A DNA stretch of 64,000 nucleotides from a virus. The translations under genes and the position numbers were made by a program. Numbering within the stretch: the first letter of the stretch is position 1; the number at the start of each line of letters is the position of its first letter. The stretch is taken from IMG/VR virus record IMGVR_UViG_3300044628_000090; one strand, 5' to 3'. Positions 28,371-40,100 of the stretch are shown in pieces. The notes under the pieces were generated by a model. That model was given only the letters and a program-made list of their open reading frames with translations, did not search any database and was not told the origin of the DNA.

Positions 28371-29237
28371 ATGGCTAAAACAGTAATAATAAGATTAACA
28401 TGTGCAGGTGGCAGAACAGGACCCTTTGATATCTCTGATAACTTAGGGACAGTTTTGGGTACTGATATAACTAAGCAAAATCTTATTGATGGATACACTG
28501 TTAGTGTTGCTGATGCTGTTACTACAATAGTTATTCAATCTCAAGGTAAGTGTTCTACTAGTATAAACGTTACTATTGGCACTGCCACCATAGAACAACT
28601 TGCTGCTTTAGATTACACTGTGTGTAATACAGGATCTATATGGAAGCATTTAGATGATACAATACATTATAACAAATACTATGGTAATGTAGAACCATAC
28701 ATAATTGAATATCCATTTGCTTATCAAACCTATGATGAGATACTTCAGAATGTTAAAGACTATAGTAAGGTGTATAACTATATACCATCTGTAGATGGAG
28801 TGGTTAATGAAACTGCTAAGATAGAGGTTGATAATCAATGGTTTAACAAAGCTGTTCTATACAATGGACAACAGTCTACAGGTATATTAGAACTTGTACC
28901 AAAGCCAATCAACAACCTAAAACAATACTTAGCTTACCCAATATATAATGACTTTAGCAAGACTATCACTTATACTAAGTCAGATAACTTCTATCAATAT
29001 AATACATTCTGGGGATTAGTTAAGAATAAATCATTACCTTTGTTTAGAACAAGTTGTGAATCTTTATCAATAGATAAGATTGTAAATCAAGTGAATATGG
29101 ATTATGGAAAACGTTCATTTAAGAAAGAACCATTGAGAGCCAAAGATCTTAAGGTGAGACACATTCTTGACAATAGCTCTGAAGCACACATAGTTTCTCA
29201 ATTCATTGTTGCACCTGCTCAAATCTCTTATAAATAA
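28371..29237 (+). CDS. paralog 3 of the GPFDLYS N-domain family with larger C-terminal domain
   Basis: IRLTCAGGRTGPFDISDNLG...LIDGY...CSTSINV at the N-terminus, followed by a unique 200-aa C-terminal domain. Confidence 0.45.
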   Translation: MAKTVIIRLTCAGGRTGPFDISDNLGTVLGTDITKQNLIDGYTVSVADAVTTIVIQSQGKCSTSINVTIGTATIEQLAALDYTVCNTGSIWKHLDDTIHYNKYYGNVEPYIIEYPFAYQTYDEILQNVKDYSKVYNYIPSVDGVVNETAKIEVDNQWFNKAVLYNGQQSTGILELVPKPINNLKQYLAYPIYNDFSKTITYTKSDNFYQYNTFWGLVKNKSLPLFRTSCESLSIDKIVNQVNMDYGKRSFKKEPLRAKDLKVRHILDNSSEAHIVSQFIVAPAQISYK

Positions 29238-31432
29238 TGGTTAACTGGTTAGACAAATATGAACAAGGAGGCTTAGTCTTAAAGAAAAAGACTAAGGATA
29301 ACTATGGCAAGAAAGCTAATCCTAATGATGTCCAAGCGTCTGTAGGTCCTGACTTTGTAGGACTTGGATATAACATTAAGGGTAGGGACTATTCTCCTGC
29401 ATGGGGTGGGCGATTTGCTATGGGTGGTAGCATGCCAGGTGCTGTAGGATTCATGTACGCACGTACACAAGACCCTGCTCCTGCTAATGGCAAGTATACT
29501 AAGAAGACAAAAGCAAGTGCTCAGAATGGTAAAAAGGTAGATAAGCCAAATCCAAATGAAAAGAAATATCAAGCACCAGATAAAAAAGAAATTGTAAATT
29601 GGTTTAAAAACTATTATGCTTCTCCTTTGTTTAAAGAAAACTTATACAATAAAGGTCTTCCAGATGAGGGAACTAAAGTAGGGAAAGAAACAACAGATGT
29701 AATCAATAAATTAAACTTTACATACAATGATCTTGACTCTTTAGGAAATCCAGATATTACTTCATATGATAATGACAAGACTATAAATATGGGTGATCCA
29801 AATAAATATTGGAATCAACCAAAGTCTACTGCATTAGCTCATGAACTTGCCCACGTTAATCAAGATGAGATATTAAGTCATCAGCCTAGACATCTACTAT
29901 ACATGCTTAATCGTAATAAAAACATGGATAGAAAATCTGAGGCAAACAGACTATTTTCATTAGCAAATCAAAAGCCTGTTAACCCAGCTATTCCTACAGC
30001 ACCATATAGATTAAGTGAATTAAAAGAGTGGGTAAAATTAGAAAATAGTGGAAGATCACCTTGGATGCATGATGATAGTATAGGAGAGATAAGAGCAGAT
30101 GTAATGGCATTAAGATACTTAGCAGCTAAAGAAGGAATTTGGGATGCAGTAACAAATAAACCTGGTTCATTTACTCCTGAAATGTTAGATAAGTTATATA
30201 AAATAAAAGACTTAAATACACCTATGGTGACTTATGATCAGTATGGAGTAACACGTAGTATACCTAATCCAGAGAGTTTAAACCCTAATGATTTAAAAAA
30301 TGTAGCACCTCCTAAAAAACCAGGAATGATTCTTGAGAGACTTAGAAAGAGATACAGAGATAGTGAGTTGATAGACTTAATAAATTGGTTAGCTAAGAAC
30401 GAAGATACAACTCCTATGGATCAGGCTCAGAATGGTACAGAGATGAAATTCTACCAAGAAGGACTAGACTTCAAACCTAAGACTATATCTAAGAATGGTT
30501 CTGCTATTAAAGATGATATGGGACAGTGGGCTCATCCAGGTGAGATAACACAGATAGGTTCTAATGAAATAACAATGAAGGGAGTTGAGTATCCTGTACT
30601 TGGTATATCTGATACAGGTGATAGAAAGATGATGTATCCTGGTAAAGATTATAAGTTTGATGGTAATATGGTTACAGAATACCCACTAGCTCAAGATGGT
30701 GAGAACATTACCAAAAAACTGAAGAAAGAAGCTGAGGAGAAATTAGAAAGGATGAAGAAGCCTAAGGCTACTGTGTCTCAATACACTCCTAAGAAAGGAG
30801 AAGCAGAGAGATTAGATAGAGAGAAGTTACAAAGAATAGCTGATGAAAACAAACCATTAAATAAGTTTGCTAGATCTAAAGCATCTGGTAATCTACAAGA
30901 TGCTATAGAAGCAGCATTGATAATGGAAGGTGGATTGGCAGCAGGTAAGCTTGTTGGCAAAGGTGCTAAAGCTGCAGGTAAATATCTTACAGAGGAAACA
31001 GCTTTAAAGAATGCTTATAAGTTAAATCCTTTAGCATTTAAACCTAAGACAGATGCTTATTATAGAATGATAGGTGAAGGAGGATATGCAGATGCTCTAG
31101 AGAGTGGTGTAGTTAGACCTCCAAAAGAACTAGGTCAAGAGTATGCATATTATAATAAAGGATATCCTTTAGATACAAGATTTAGAAACGCTACTGGAAG
31201 AGCAGGATATGAAGGGCCTTATATGGCAGAAGTAAAAGGAAATAAAGACTTGTTTGTAAATGATAATCCACAAGGTTTTACTGGACCTATGTTTGATGAT
31301 CCTATTTATTACTCAAAACAAAATATACCAATTGGTAATTCAGATGTTAAGTTATATAAAGAAAATTGGTTAAAAAGATATAAAGAAGTTTCTAAAAAGG
31401 AAGATGGTGGCTGGTTAAACAAATATAAATAA
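29237..31432 (+). CDS. large basic virion protein with HExxH (zincin-like) motif
   Basis: 'STALAHELAHVNQDE' at nt 29840-29854 is an HExxH motif. The protein is Lys-rich and 731 aa. A peptidase assignment is tentative. Confidence 0.35.
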   Translation: MVNWLDKYEQGGLVLKKKTKDNYGKKANPNDVQASVGPDFVGLGYNIKGRDYSPAWGGRFAMGGSMPGAVGFMYARTQDPAPANGKYTKKTKASAQNGKKVDKPNPNEKKYQAPDKKEIVNWFKNYYASPLFKENLYNKGLPDEGTKVGKETTDVINKLNFTYNDLDSLGNPDITSYDNDKTINMGDPNKYWNQPKSTALAHELAHVNQDEILSHQPRHLLYMLNRNKNMDRKSEANRLFSLANQKPVNPAIPTAPYRLSELKEWVKLENSGRSPWMHDDSIGEIRADVMALRYLAAKEGIWDAVTNKPGSFTPEMLDKLYKIKDLNTPMVTYDQYGVTRSIPNPESLNPNDLKNVAPPKKPGMILERLRKRYRDSELIDLINWLAKNEDTTPMDQAQNGTEMKFYQEGLDFKPKTISKNGSAIKDDMGQWAHPGEITQIGSNEITMKGVEYPVLGISDTGDRKMMYPGKDYKFDGNMVTEYPLAQDGENITKKLKKEAEEKLERMKKPKATVSQYTPKKGEAERLDREKLQRIADENKPLNKFARSKASGNLQDAIEAALIMEGGLAAGKLVGKGAKAAGKYLTEETALKNAYKLNPLAFKPKTDAYYRMIGEGGYADALESGVVRPPKELGQEYAYYNKGYPLDTRFRNATGRAGYEGPYMAEVKGNKDLFVNDNPQGFTGPMFDDPIYYSKQNIPIGNSDVKLYKENWLKRYKEVSKKEDGGWLNKYK

Positions 31433-31452
31433 ATCATACAATAGAGTATAAT

Positions 31453-34311
31453 ATGAAAGACCAAATATTAAAGATTGCTAAAGTAAAGTCTGAGAAGGAA
31501 TTCTACAAGAAGTATCCTACAGAAGAAGCATTTATGAAAGCTCATGGTAAAGAGTTAAAGAAAGCTGCTATGGGTAAGTCTATGGTAAACAAACAGTTAC
31601 ACCAACTTACAGACTTTGGCAATCCTCCTATTGCTCAATATGGGGGTGCAGTTAATCCTAATACAGGAATGTTTAACATGCCTATGAGTGGACAGTCTGT
31701 AAGTCGAGTTGATACAATGGCTGCAGGTTATGGATCAGCTGCTCCTCCTGAAGGGTTTGGTAATGTAGAAGGTGGTGAAGGAGCTGGTGCAGCAGGAGTA
31801 GTAGGGGCAGCTATTGGTGCATTGCCAGGAATCATAGGTGGTATCCAAGCAATGGAAGCACAGACAAAATCAATAAATAAAGCATATCAAGCTAGAGAGT
31901 TATCAGAACTAGCTTTACAAGCTAGCTCTACAAGAGAGAAAGTTAAACGTAAGTATGTAAGACCAGAAGATAATATTGCACAGCCTGGACAGTTAGGTAA
32001 TCCTTATGGATCAGGTACAAACTTTTTATCTAAGAATGGTAGAACGATTGGTGGCAATCCTACAGAGATTCAGAACATGTACAATCCTGGTGACATCTAT
32101 ACAGATGCTGGATATGAACCATTAGAGTCTCAGAAGTTAAAACAATATAGACAAGGAGGTGATCTTCCTGAAGCAGCATTTGGAGATTACTTTCAAAGTT
32201 CTGGTCAAGCACAGATTGGTAGTGCTGTAGGTACAGCAGCAGGTAGTCTTATAGGTGGACCATTAGGTGGTGCAATTGGTGGACTTATTGGTACAGCAGC
32301 TGGTAACTTATTAGGTGGTGCTAAACAAGCAAGAGAACTAGAGGCAGAGAAAAAGAAAGCTGAGATGAACACTCAACAAGCTGCGTTCCAACAAGCTCAA
32401 CAAAATCAGTTTGGTGCATATATGGAGCAAGGTGGTAAAGTGGATGTAGGTAATGAATATAAGTGGGTTAGTCATACATGGCAACCACAAACAATTGCTA
32501 AGTTTGGTGAGTATAATGTTAAAGACTTGTTAAAGCCACCTACAGATGCAGATATGCTAAGAAGTGGTGGTCATTTAAAAGATGAGTATTATACACCTCC
32601 TAGTGCAGAAGCATTGTTTACTGGCAGACCTGAGCGAAAGCCTTTAACTATGGAACAGGGTGGACAGATGGCTATGGGTGGTGACTTAGAAGTAATTGAA
32701 GGTGGTAAGGCAGAAACTATCTCTTACAATCCTTTCCTACCAGATGGTGGTGAGACTATAATGTTTAAAGGAAGATCTCATGACAATGGTGGTATTCCTA
32801 TTAACTTTGGTGAGAATGGTGTAGAGGTTGAAGGTGGTGAGCCAGCAGTTAAATTAAGAGATGGTGGAAATGAAAGTAATATGGTTGTCTTTGGTAACAT
32901 GAAGTTATCAAAGATGGCTGCTGATGAGTTTGGTATCCCAGATGCAAAAGGCAAGAAGTTCAAACATGTTGCTAATGAAATAAGCAAGGTGGAGAAAAAA
33001 CAAAATAAACTAATAGATCAAGCTACAGAAAGAGCAGACATGACTACAGGAAGTAGTGGTTTTGATCAATTAAAAATGAATACAAGTCAAGCTCAACTTA
33101 TGGGTGCTAATATGAAATTAAGAAGTGCAGCTATTTTAAAACAAAACCTAGGAGCTGTTCAAAATGCTATTCTTGATACAGCTAGTGAACTAGGTGTAAA
33201 AAGTGATGAGTTGGCTCAAGGAAAATTAGTAAAAGAAAAAGATCCTCGTATGATGGCTAAATATGGTAAGAAATTAAAGAAGGCTCAAAGTGGTGACTAT
33301 GAATATCTTGGTCCTAAAGAAGAAGAGTTTAACTTTTCTGATATAGGTACTGGTGGTGTAATGTCTGGATATGATCAAAATATGAATTACTTTGATCAAT
33401 CAGGAAATCTAGTAGATCAATCTGGAGATCTTCCTGGAGTAGTTGAAATAGCTGGAGTAGGTGGAGGTGGAGGTGAAGGTGGAGGATTTGGACAAACATT
33501 AAAGTCATTAGGAAGTACTTTAGGTAAAGGACTTGAGAAGTATGGTCCTACTCTTCTATCTAATCTAGCACCATTGCTAAGACCTAGAACTAAATTAGGT
33601 CTTGATCCTGAAGAACTATATCCTGAATACTTTGCTATAGCTACCAATCAGTTAGAACCTGTACAGGCTCAGACGTTCCAGCCAATGCTAGACACTCCTA
33701 TGGATATTTCTTTTAATGATCAGCTTAGTGCTATTGATTCTCAATCTAGAGCAGCCATCAGAGCAGCAGGTTCAAATCCAGCTGCCCAAGCAATGATTAT
33801 GTCTCAAAGCTTAGAAGCTAAGAACAAAGTTTTGGGAGAGCAAACAAGAATCAATGCTGCAAACAAGATGCAGACCTATGATAAGAACAGAGCAATATTG
33901 AATGATGCTCAGCTTAAAAACTTACAAATTCTTGATAATCAATATGTTAGACAAGCTCAAGCTAAATCTAACACTAAGGCTCAGACACTTGAAGCCCTTA
34001 AATCTATTGCTGCTAAAACTGCTCAGAATAAACTTGAGAATAGAACACTTAATACCTATGAGAACATGTACAACTACAGATTCTCTCCAAGTGGTGTAGC
34101 CTATAATACAAATGCTCCTGCTCAGTTTAACATCCCTGGAGCAGGTGGTATAGAAGGTTTAACAGACTTAGATAAAGATAAGATAAAAGAGCTATATGAA
34201 AAAATTGTTAGTAGAGATAGGACTGGCAACATTACAGGAAGTAGAGAGAGAAGTCGTACTACAAGACAGAGAAGAAATGGTGCAATTGTTCAAGCTCTAA
34301 AAAATCTATAA
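31453..34311 (+). CDS. glycine-zipper protein (tape-measure / ejection-pore candidate)
   Basis: Segments GAGAAGVVGAAIGALPGIIGGIQAM and IGSAVGTAAGSLIGGPLGGAIGGLIGTAAGNLLGG are GxxxG glycine-zipper membrane-type helices. The ORF is 952 aa, with coiled-coil stretches. Confidence 0.4.
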   Translation: MKDQILKIAKVKSEKEFYKKYPTEEAFMKAHGKELKKAAMGKSMVNKQLHQLTDFGNPPIAQYGGAVNPNTGMFNMPMSGQSVSRVDTMAAGYGSAAPPEGFGNVEGGEGAGAAGVVGAAIGALPGIIGGIQAMEAQTKSINKAYQARELSELALQASSTREKVKRKYVRPEDNIAQPGQLGNPYGSGTNFLSKNGRTIGGNPTEIQNMYNPGDIYTDAGYEPLESQKLKQYRQGGDLPEAAFGDYFQSSGQAQIGSAVGTAAGSLIGGPLGGAIGGLIGTAAGNLLGGAKQARELEAEKKKAEMNTQQAAFQQAQQNQFGAYMEQGGKVDVGNEYKWVSHTWQPQTIAKFGEYNVKDLLKPPTDADMLRSGGHLKDEYYTPPSAEALFTGRPERKPLTMEQGGQMAMGGDLEVIEGGKAETISYNPFLPDGGETIMFKGRSHDNGGIPINFGENGVEVEGGEPAVKLRDGGNESNMVVFGNMKLSKMAADEFGIPDAKGKKFKHVANEISKVEKKQNKLIDQATERADMTTGSSGFDQLKMNTSQAQLMGANMKLRSAAILKQNLGAVQNAILDTASELGVKSDELAQGKLVKEKDPRMMAKYGKKLKKAQSGDYEYLGPKEEEFNFSDIGTGGVMSGYDQNMNYFDQSGNLVDQSGDLPGVVEIAGVGGGGGEGGGFGQTLKSLGSTLGKGLEKYGPTLLSNLAPLLRPRTKLGLDPEELYPEYFAIATNQLEPVQAQTFQPMLDTPMDISFNDQLSAIDSQSRAAIRAAGSNPAAQAMIMSQSLEAKNKVLGEQTRINAANKMQTYDKNRAILNDAQLKNLQILDNQYVRQAQAKSNTKAQTLEALKSIAAKTAQNKLENRTLNTYENMYNYRFSPSGVAYNTNAPAQFNIPGAGGIEGLTDLDKDKIKELYEKIVSRDRTGNITGSRERSRTTRQRRNGAIVQALKNL

Positions 34312-34327
34312 CTAATTAAGTTATAGT

Positions 34328-34362
34328 GAATTACCAAAAAATGTTATACCTCTTGGTAATTC
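34328..34362 (+). promoter_or_regulatory. perfect 10-bp inverted repeat hairpin in intergenic gap
   Basis: GAATTACCAA-(15 nt)-TTGGTAATTC, followed by an AT-rich tract (TAATATTTTAAATTAAATTT) and then the ATG at 34398. Confidence 0.45.
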
Positions 34363-34397
34363 TAATATTTTAAATTAAATTTGCTAATTATAATACC

Positions 34398-37175
34398 ATG
34401 GCATCGTTTACAGATCAAATACAAACATTTAACCCTTACGTCTCCCAGGCTCCTTTGATAGAAGCTATGGTCGCTGTTGGCACTCAAAAGCAACAACAGT
34501 ATGACCAAGGTGTGCAAAAGATTCAAGGGTATATAGATAACATTGCTGGTATGGATGTTGTCAATGACGCTGACAAAAAGTATTTACAGTCTAAGTTAAA
34601 TGACTTAGGTAGTCGTTTAAAGACTGTTGCAGCTGGTGATTTCTCTAATCAACAACTAGTTAACTCTGTAGGTGGTATGGCTACTCAAATTGTTAAAGAT
34701 CCTACAGTTCAGAATGCTGTATACTCTACAGCTAATTATAGAAAAGAATTAGCTAGATTACAGAAAGATATAGAAGAAGGAAAGTCTAGTCCAGCTAATG
34801 TTGAGTTTTTTAACAAAAGAGCTGACAGTTGGTTGTCTTCTGACAAAGCTGGTCAAAAGTTTTCATCAAGTTATATTCCTTACTTTGATGTACAAAAGTT
34901 TGCTAAAGAAACATTCGATGCTATAAAGCCTGATGGTTTTACAATTGATCAAGTGTATGAAACAGATACTCAGGGTAATATCAAACTTGATAAAGCAGGT
35001 AGACCTATTTATTCTCCAGTAATGAAAAGAATGGAGCAAGAAGGTAGAACTCCACAAAAAGTAAAAGAAACATTAGAACAAATCTTTTCTGATGCTAGAG
35101 TGAGTCAGCAATTAGATATCTCAGGTCAATATGAATATAGAGGTTACTCTCCAGAGATGTTGACTCAAAAAATCAACTTACAGAAAGAAAGTCTTATCTC
35201 TAAATATGATGAGCAGATAAATGAACTTGCTTTACAAAAAGGCACAGGTAAAGATGTCCAAGCTCAGATAGATCAACTTGAGTTAAGAAAGAACAATATT
35301 AAAAGTCAGTATGATGATATAATGACTGTAGCTCAAGATAATCCAGATTCTATCAGATCTCTTTTATATAAGGATGATGTTAAAAGTAGATTCACCACAA
35401 TGTTTGGTGAGATGAAAACTAAAGAAGCATTAATGGATAACCCAGGTTGGAATGCTAACTTCAAGTTACAACAAGAAGCTAATGAACAATCTAGATGGGC
35501 TCAAGGAATGGCATGGGATGTTAAGAAGTTTAATATAGGATTATCAGAGGCAGAGAAAAATCGTAACTTACGAATCCTTCTTGCTCAAATGAAAGGAACC
35601 AAAGGCAAAGGTATTGATACTAATGGTGATGGTATTCCTGATGATTTTGGAGCAGGTGCAGGTTTTGAACAAGGAGATATGCCAGGTAGTGTTGATCTTA
35701 TTGCTAGGTTTGAATCAGAGTTAACTAATGCTGCAGATGACTTTATTAATGCTTCTGATAACTTTATTTGGAATGCAGGTTTTTCTAAAGTGCCTGGAAA
35801 CCAAGCTAAGCTTGATTCTATGATGAAGCAAGGAATTGGTAAAGACCAAGCTATTAAAAACTTACTTGATAATACAGCATTTTTAAATAAAGAAACTCCA
35901 GAAAACTTTAGAGCTAGATGGGGAGATAAATCTACAGTGGCTTATAACAAAATGACTGCTGAACAGAGGAAAAAAAATCCTGATCTTCAAGATGCTTACT
36001 ATTTATATGGTGAATCAAAAAGAAACTATGATGTATTAAATACTGTTAAAACTAAAGTTAACGAGGTTACAGGAAATATACTAGGAAAGGATGTTGATAA
36101 GACAAAAGTAATTGAAGGAATTAAACCTGTTACAGGTTTCATTAAAGGTAAACCTGTTCAACTTACTCCAGAAGACTTTTATGATATGGCAATTTATCTA
36201 AAAGGTAATGCGTCTTCTGTTGGATTTTTGAATGATAAAACTGCAAGAGAACAAGCTAAGAAAGCTGAAGCTAGATTAGACTTAAGAGGTAAATCAGAAT
36301 TATTACCTATATTATTAGAACAACAAGGTAAAGGTAAAGGAGGACTTATAACAGGTGCTATAAGAGGAGTTAAAGCATTGGTAGGTTTAGCAAAAGCAGG
36401 AGGACCTGTTCCAAACATGGGTGCAATGGATCTTGTTGATTTATCTCAAGTTAATAAGATATATGATAAGTTGGGAGATGATTATGCAGGAGCTTTAAAA
36501 ACAAAAGCAGATGTTGTAAAACAATACTATAACATTCAGCCAAACTTAAAAGCTGGTTTATTAACTGGAGATGCTGGTGATGATAAAGTTATGGTAGATA
36601 AGATAACAAGATATGCTGCTAATTACAATACAGCAGGAAAGAATCTTTCTCCTGACTTCAAAGCATTTGCTTCTAATGTTGGTGGTAAAGATGTTACTTA
36701 TGAAGCACAAGTTATTACAGGTCCTGGAAGCAAACCAGTAGTAGAGATTGTAGCATATGGTGGAGAAGATAATAAGAGATTAGGTGGTATGATTGTAGCT
36801 GATGATGAATCTACTAGACTTGGTATTAATCCTGCAACATTATATGAACCAAAGCAAGTAACTAATCTTAGAACTTATATCCAAGCAAATGGTGACCAAA
36901 CTTCTAAGGGAGACCCTAAAGAAAAACAAACTTACATACAAGGAGATAGTTATCTTAAGACTCCTAATTTTATAAACTTAAAAGGAAGTGGCTACGATGC
37001 AGCTGCTAACATTACATATAAAAATGGTTTATATTATGCAAACATATTTGGAAGCGATGGCAGAAGGTCAAACATAATGACCATGCCTGGTAGTCCAAAC
37101 TTGCAAGCTGTTCTTCAGAACTTAACAAATAACGTAAACGCACAGTGGATTGAAGCACTTTTAACTGAAAGATAA
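34398..37175 (+). CDS. hypothetical large virion protein (925 aa)
   Basis: A long ORF with coiled-coil content, coupled to the giant ORF by a TAATG overlap. No motif. Confidence 0.4.
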   Translation: MASFTDQIQTFNPYVSQAPLIEAMVAVGTQKQQQYDQGVQKIQGYIDNIAGMDVVNDADKKYLQSKLNDLGSRLKTVAAGDFSNQQLVNSVGGMATQIVKDPTVQNAVYSTANYRKELARLQKDIEEGKSSPANVEFFNKRADSWLSSDKAGQKFSSSYIPYFDVQKFAKETFDAIKPDGFTIDQVYETDTQGNIKLDKAGRPIYSPVMKRMEQEGRTPQKVKETLEQIFSDARVSQQLDISGQYEYRGYSPEMLTQKINLQKESLISKYDEQINELALQKGTGKDVQAQIDQLELRKNNIKSQYDDIMTVAQDNPDSIRSLLYKDDVKSRFTTMFGEMKTKEALMDNPGWNANFKLQQEANEQSRWAQGMAWDVKKFNIGLSEAEKNRNLRILLAQMKGTKGKGIDTNGDGIPDDFGAGAGFEQGDMPGSVDLIARFESELTNAADDFINASDNFIWNAGFSKVPGNQAKLDSMMKQGIGKDQAIKNLLDNTAFLNKETPENFRARWGDKSTVAYNKMTAEQRKKNPDLQDAYYLYGESKRNYDVLNTVKTKVNEVTGNILGKDVDKTKVIEGIKPVTGFIKGKPVQLTPEDFYDMAIYLKGNASSVGFLNDKTAREQAKKAEARLDLRGKSELLPILLEQQGKGKGGLITGAIRGVKALVGLAKAGGPVPNMGAMDLVDLSQVNKIYDKLGDDYAGALKTKADVVKQYYNIQPNLKAGLLTGDAGDDKVMVDKITRYAANYNTAGKNLSPDFKAFASNVGGKDVTYEAQVITGPGSKPVVEIVAYGGEDNKRLGGMIVADDESTRLGINPATLYEPKQVTNLRTYIQANGDQTSKGDPKEKQTYIQGDSYLKTPNFINLKGSGYDAAANITYKNGLYYANIFGSDGRRSNIMTMPGSPNLQAVLQNLTNNVNAQWIEALLTER

Positions 37176-40100
37176 TGCCAGATAAAATAGTAAACTTAGG
37201 AGGTACAATTGAAGGTTTTCCAAATACACCTGTAGTAAATACAGATATTAGACAATCTAAAGGACCTACTCCTTCTATAACTGATTTGTATACACAAGGA
37301 CTAAGCACTGTTAAACCAGCAGGTGTAAAGGCTGTTCCTACGTCCAATATATATATTGGAGAAAGATATGCTGCTGTTAGACCTGGTGAAGACCTAGAAG
37401 AGATGTATGGTCAGCAACAATCTAGTGCAGATAAATGGAAGAATGGTGCTATTAAGTTTTTTGGTACTGCAACTGCTTCTCTTGTTTCTGGTACAGCTGG
37501 TCTTGTTTATGGTGTGGGTTCTGCTATAAAAGATGGAAAGTTTTCTAGTCTTTATAATAATGATTTGACTAGAAAGATGGATGAAACATTTATCCAAGGT
37601 TTAGACAATACTGCTCCTAACTATTACACTACAAAAGAAAGAGACTCTGACTGGTGGTCTCCTGATAATATCTGGACTGCTAACTTCTTCTCAGATAAGC
37701 TGATGAAGAACTTAGGTTACACAGTGGGTGCTTTAGCAGGTGGTGTGGGTTGGGCTAAATTATTAAAAACATTAGGTACAACAAATGCGTTGGTTAGAGG
37801 TGGTTATGGTTTAGAAGCTGTAACTGCTGCAGAAAATGCAATGCAAGCTGTTCCTAAAGTAAATCAATTTGCTGCATTTGATGGTGCTGTTAATTCTGTA
37901 GCACAGAAGTATTTAAAAACACCTTTAGCTAAGATACTAAGTGATCCTGAAAGAATTGTTGCTTCTACAATGGGTACATTTGGTGAAGCTTCATTAGAGG
38001 CTTTACAGAATGCAAATGAGTTTAGAAAAGGAGCAATAGAACAATATGTAAGAAAGTATGGTAAAAATCCTACAGGTGCTGACTTAGAAGAGATTGATGA
38101 CTATGTAAGTAGTGTTGGTAACTTCACTTGGGGAATGAATACTTTATTATTAACTGGCACAAACTATATTCAACTTCCAAAGATATTAGGTTCTTCTAAT
38201 AGAGCTGATAAGATGTTACTTAATCAGATTGAAAAGAAAGGACAAGGTGCTGCATTCACAGAAGTGATGCCAGCTACTAAGTTTGGAAAGGTGTTACAAA
38301 GATCAAAGGATGTTTCAAAACTATTCTTTGCTCCATCAGAAGCATTTGAAGAAGGTGCACAGTTTGCAATCCAAGTAGGTACAAATGATTATTTTAACAG
38401 AGCCTTTAGAAATAGACAAGGAACTCAAGACTTCTTGACTGCTCTAAATGGTACTATGGGTAATGTACTTGGTAAAGGGGTAGAAGAAACTATATCTACT
38501 AAAGAAGGTTTAGAGAGTATATTGATTGGTGGTCTTTCTGGTGGTATTCAAAGAGCTAGAAATACAATTCAACAACAAGGTATATTAGGTACAGGAGGAT
38601 TACGAAGAGCTAATACAGATATTGCTCTAGGTGCTTTGAATCAAAGTAATATTGAAACTGTACTTGGAGACTATGCTAGATACATAGGTATTGGTATTGG
38701 TTCTCAAAAGGCTAGACAACAAGCTATTGTAAATAATGATAAGGTTTCTGAGAAAGACTTTGAAAATGATTTCACTCTATCTTACATTATGCCAAGAGTT
38801 AAGTATGGTAAGGTGGATTCTATTGGAGAAGAACTTTCATACTACTCTCAACAATCATCTACAGAAGAAGGCTTCCAACAATTGGTTGCAAATGGCATTG
38901 TAAATGCTGGTGAAAGTAGAGAAGATTTCTTAGCTAGAATTACAAACGTTGCAAGAATTACTAAGAACATTAATGATCTTTATGATTCATTAGGTAGAAA
39001 ATATAGTAATCAACCTGGCTATACATCAGAGATCTTAGATAAGATGGTGTACTCTTTAGCTAAGGTGGGTAGTTATGATGTACGTATCCCTGAAGTAAAC
39101 AATCTATTGTTCATAGCAGGTGTAAATACACAAGACATATTACAAAGTGTTATCAAGGAAAACAAACCTAACAAAGAAGCTGTAGAAGAATCATTGAAAC
39201 AAATCAATGAGATGGATGTAACTTCTGAGACTAAGGATGATCTTAAGACAGCATTGTCTGATATCATTGAGTTAGGCTTACGTAGGAAAATGTTTATTGA
39301 TGAGTATGATGCTATCAAGGCTAATCCTACAGAATTCCAATTCAAGCCTGACGTAGAGTTTGGTGCCACAGAAGAAGTGCCTGTAACAGTTACAGAAGAG
39401 GAAGAACAAAAAGTTACTCCAGAAGGACAGATTGAATTGTTTCCTACAAAGAAAGAAAGAAAACTAGAGGTTGGTAGAGAATACTTCTTGAAACAACCTG
39501 TTAGAAAAGAAGACAATACACTTACCCTAGCACCTAAGATTAAGGTGTTATCTCAAACATTAGGTGGTGAGTTTGAAGTGCAGTTGCCTAGAGGTAATGT
39601 GAGCTTCTTAACTCCTGAAGATTTTGCAAAATTAGACTTAGCAGATGAAGGTGCAGCGTCACCAGAGCTTAGAGATATAATGGAAGCTGCTATTGATAAT
39701 GTATTATCTACTTCTGAGTTTGCAGGTGTAACACTTCCTGAGGGAGAAGATAAGTTAGCATCTCTTAACTCTTTAAACAACGCACAATTAGTTGATGCTG
39801 TTGAGACTGAGTTCAATGCACTTTCAGAAACATATCTGAAAGAACAAGCTGATCTTCAAGCTAATAGAGAGAAGATGAACGCTGTAGCAGATAAGATTAA
39901 ATCTGCACAAACTGATATTGCTGCTACATCTGGAGTTGTCCCAACAGGCAACAATGATGAAGACTTAATGAACACTCCTAGTTCTAAGGAGACTCCTAAG
40001 AAAGATGCAGGTATATTGTTTACCTCTTCTACGTCTGCCTCTGTTGACTGGGAGAAAGTATTAGCTCCTAATGTTACACGTTATAATGAGTTTATAAACA

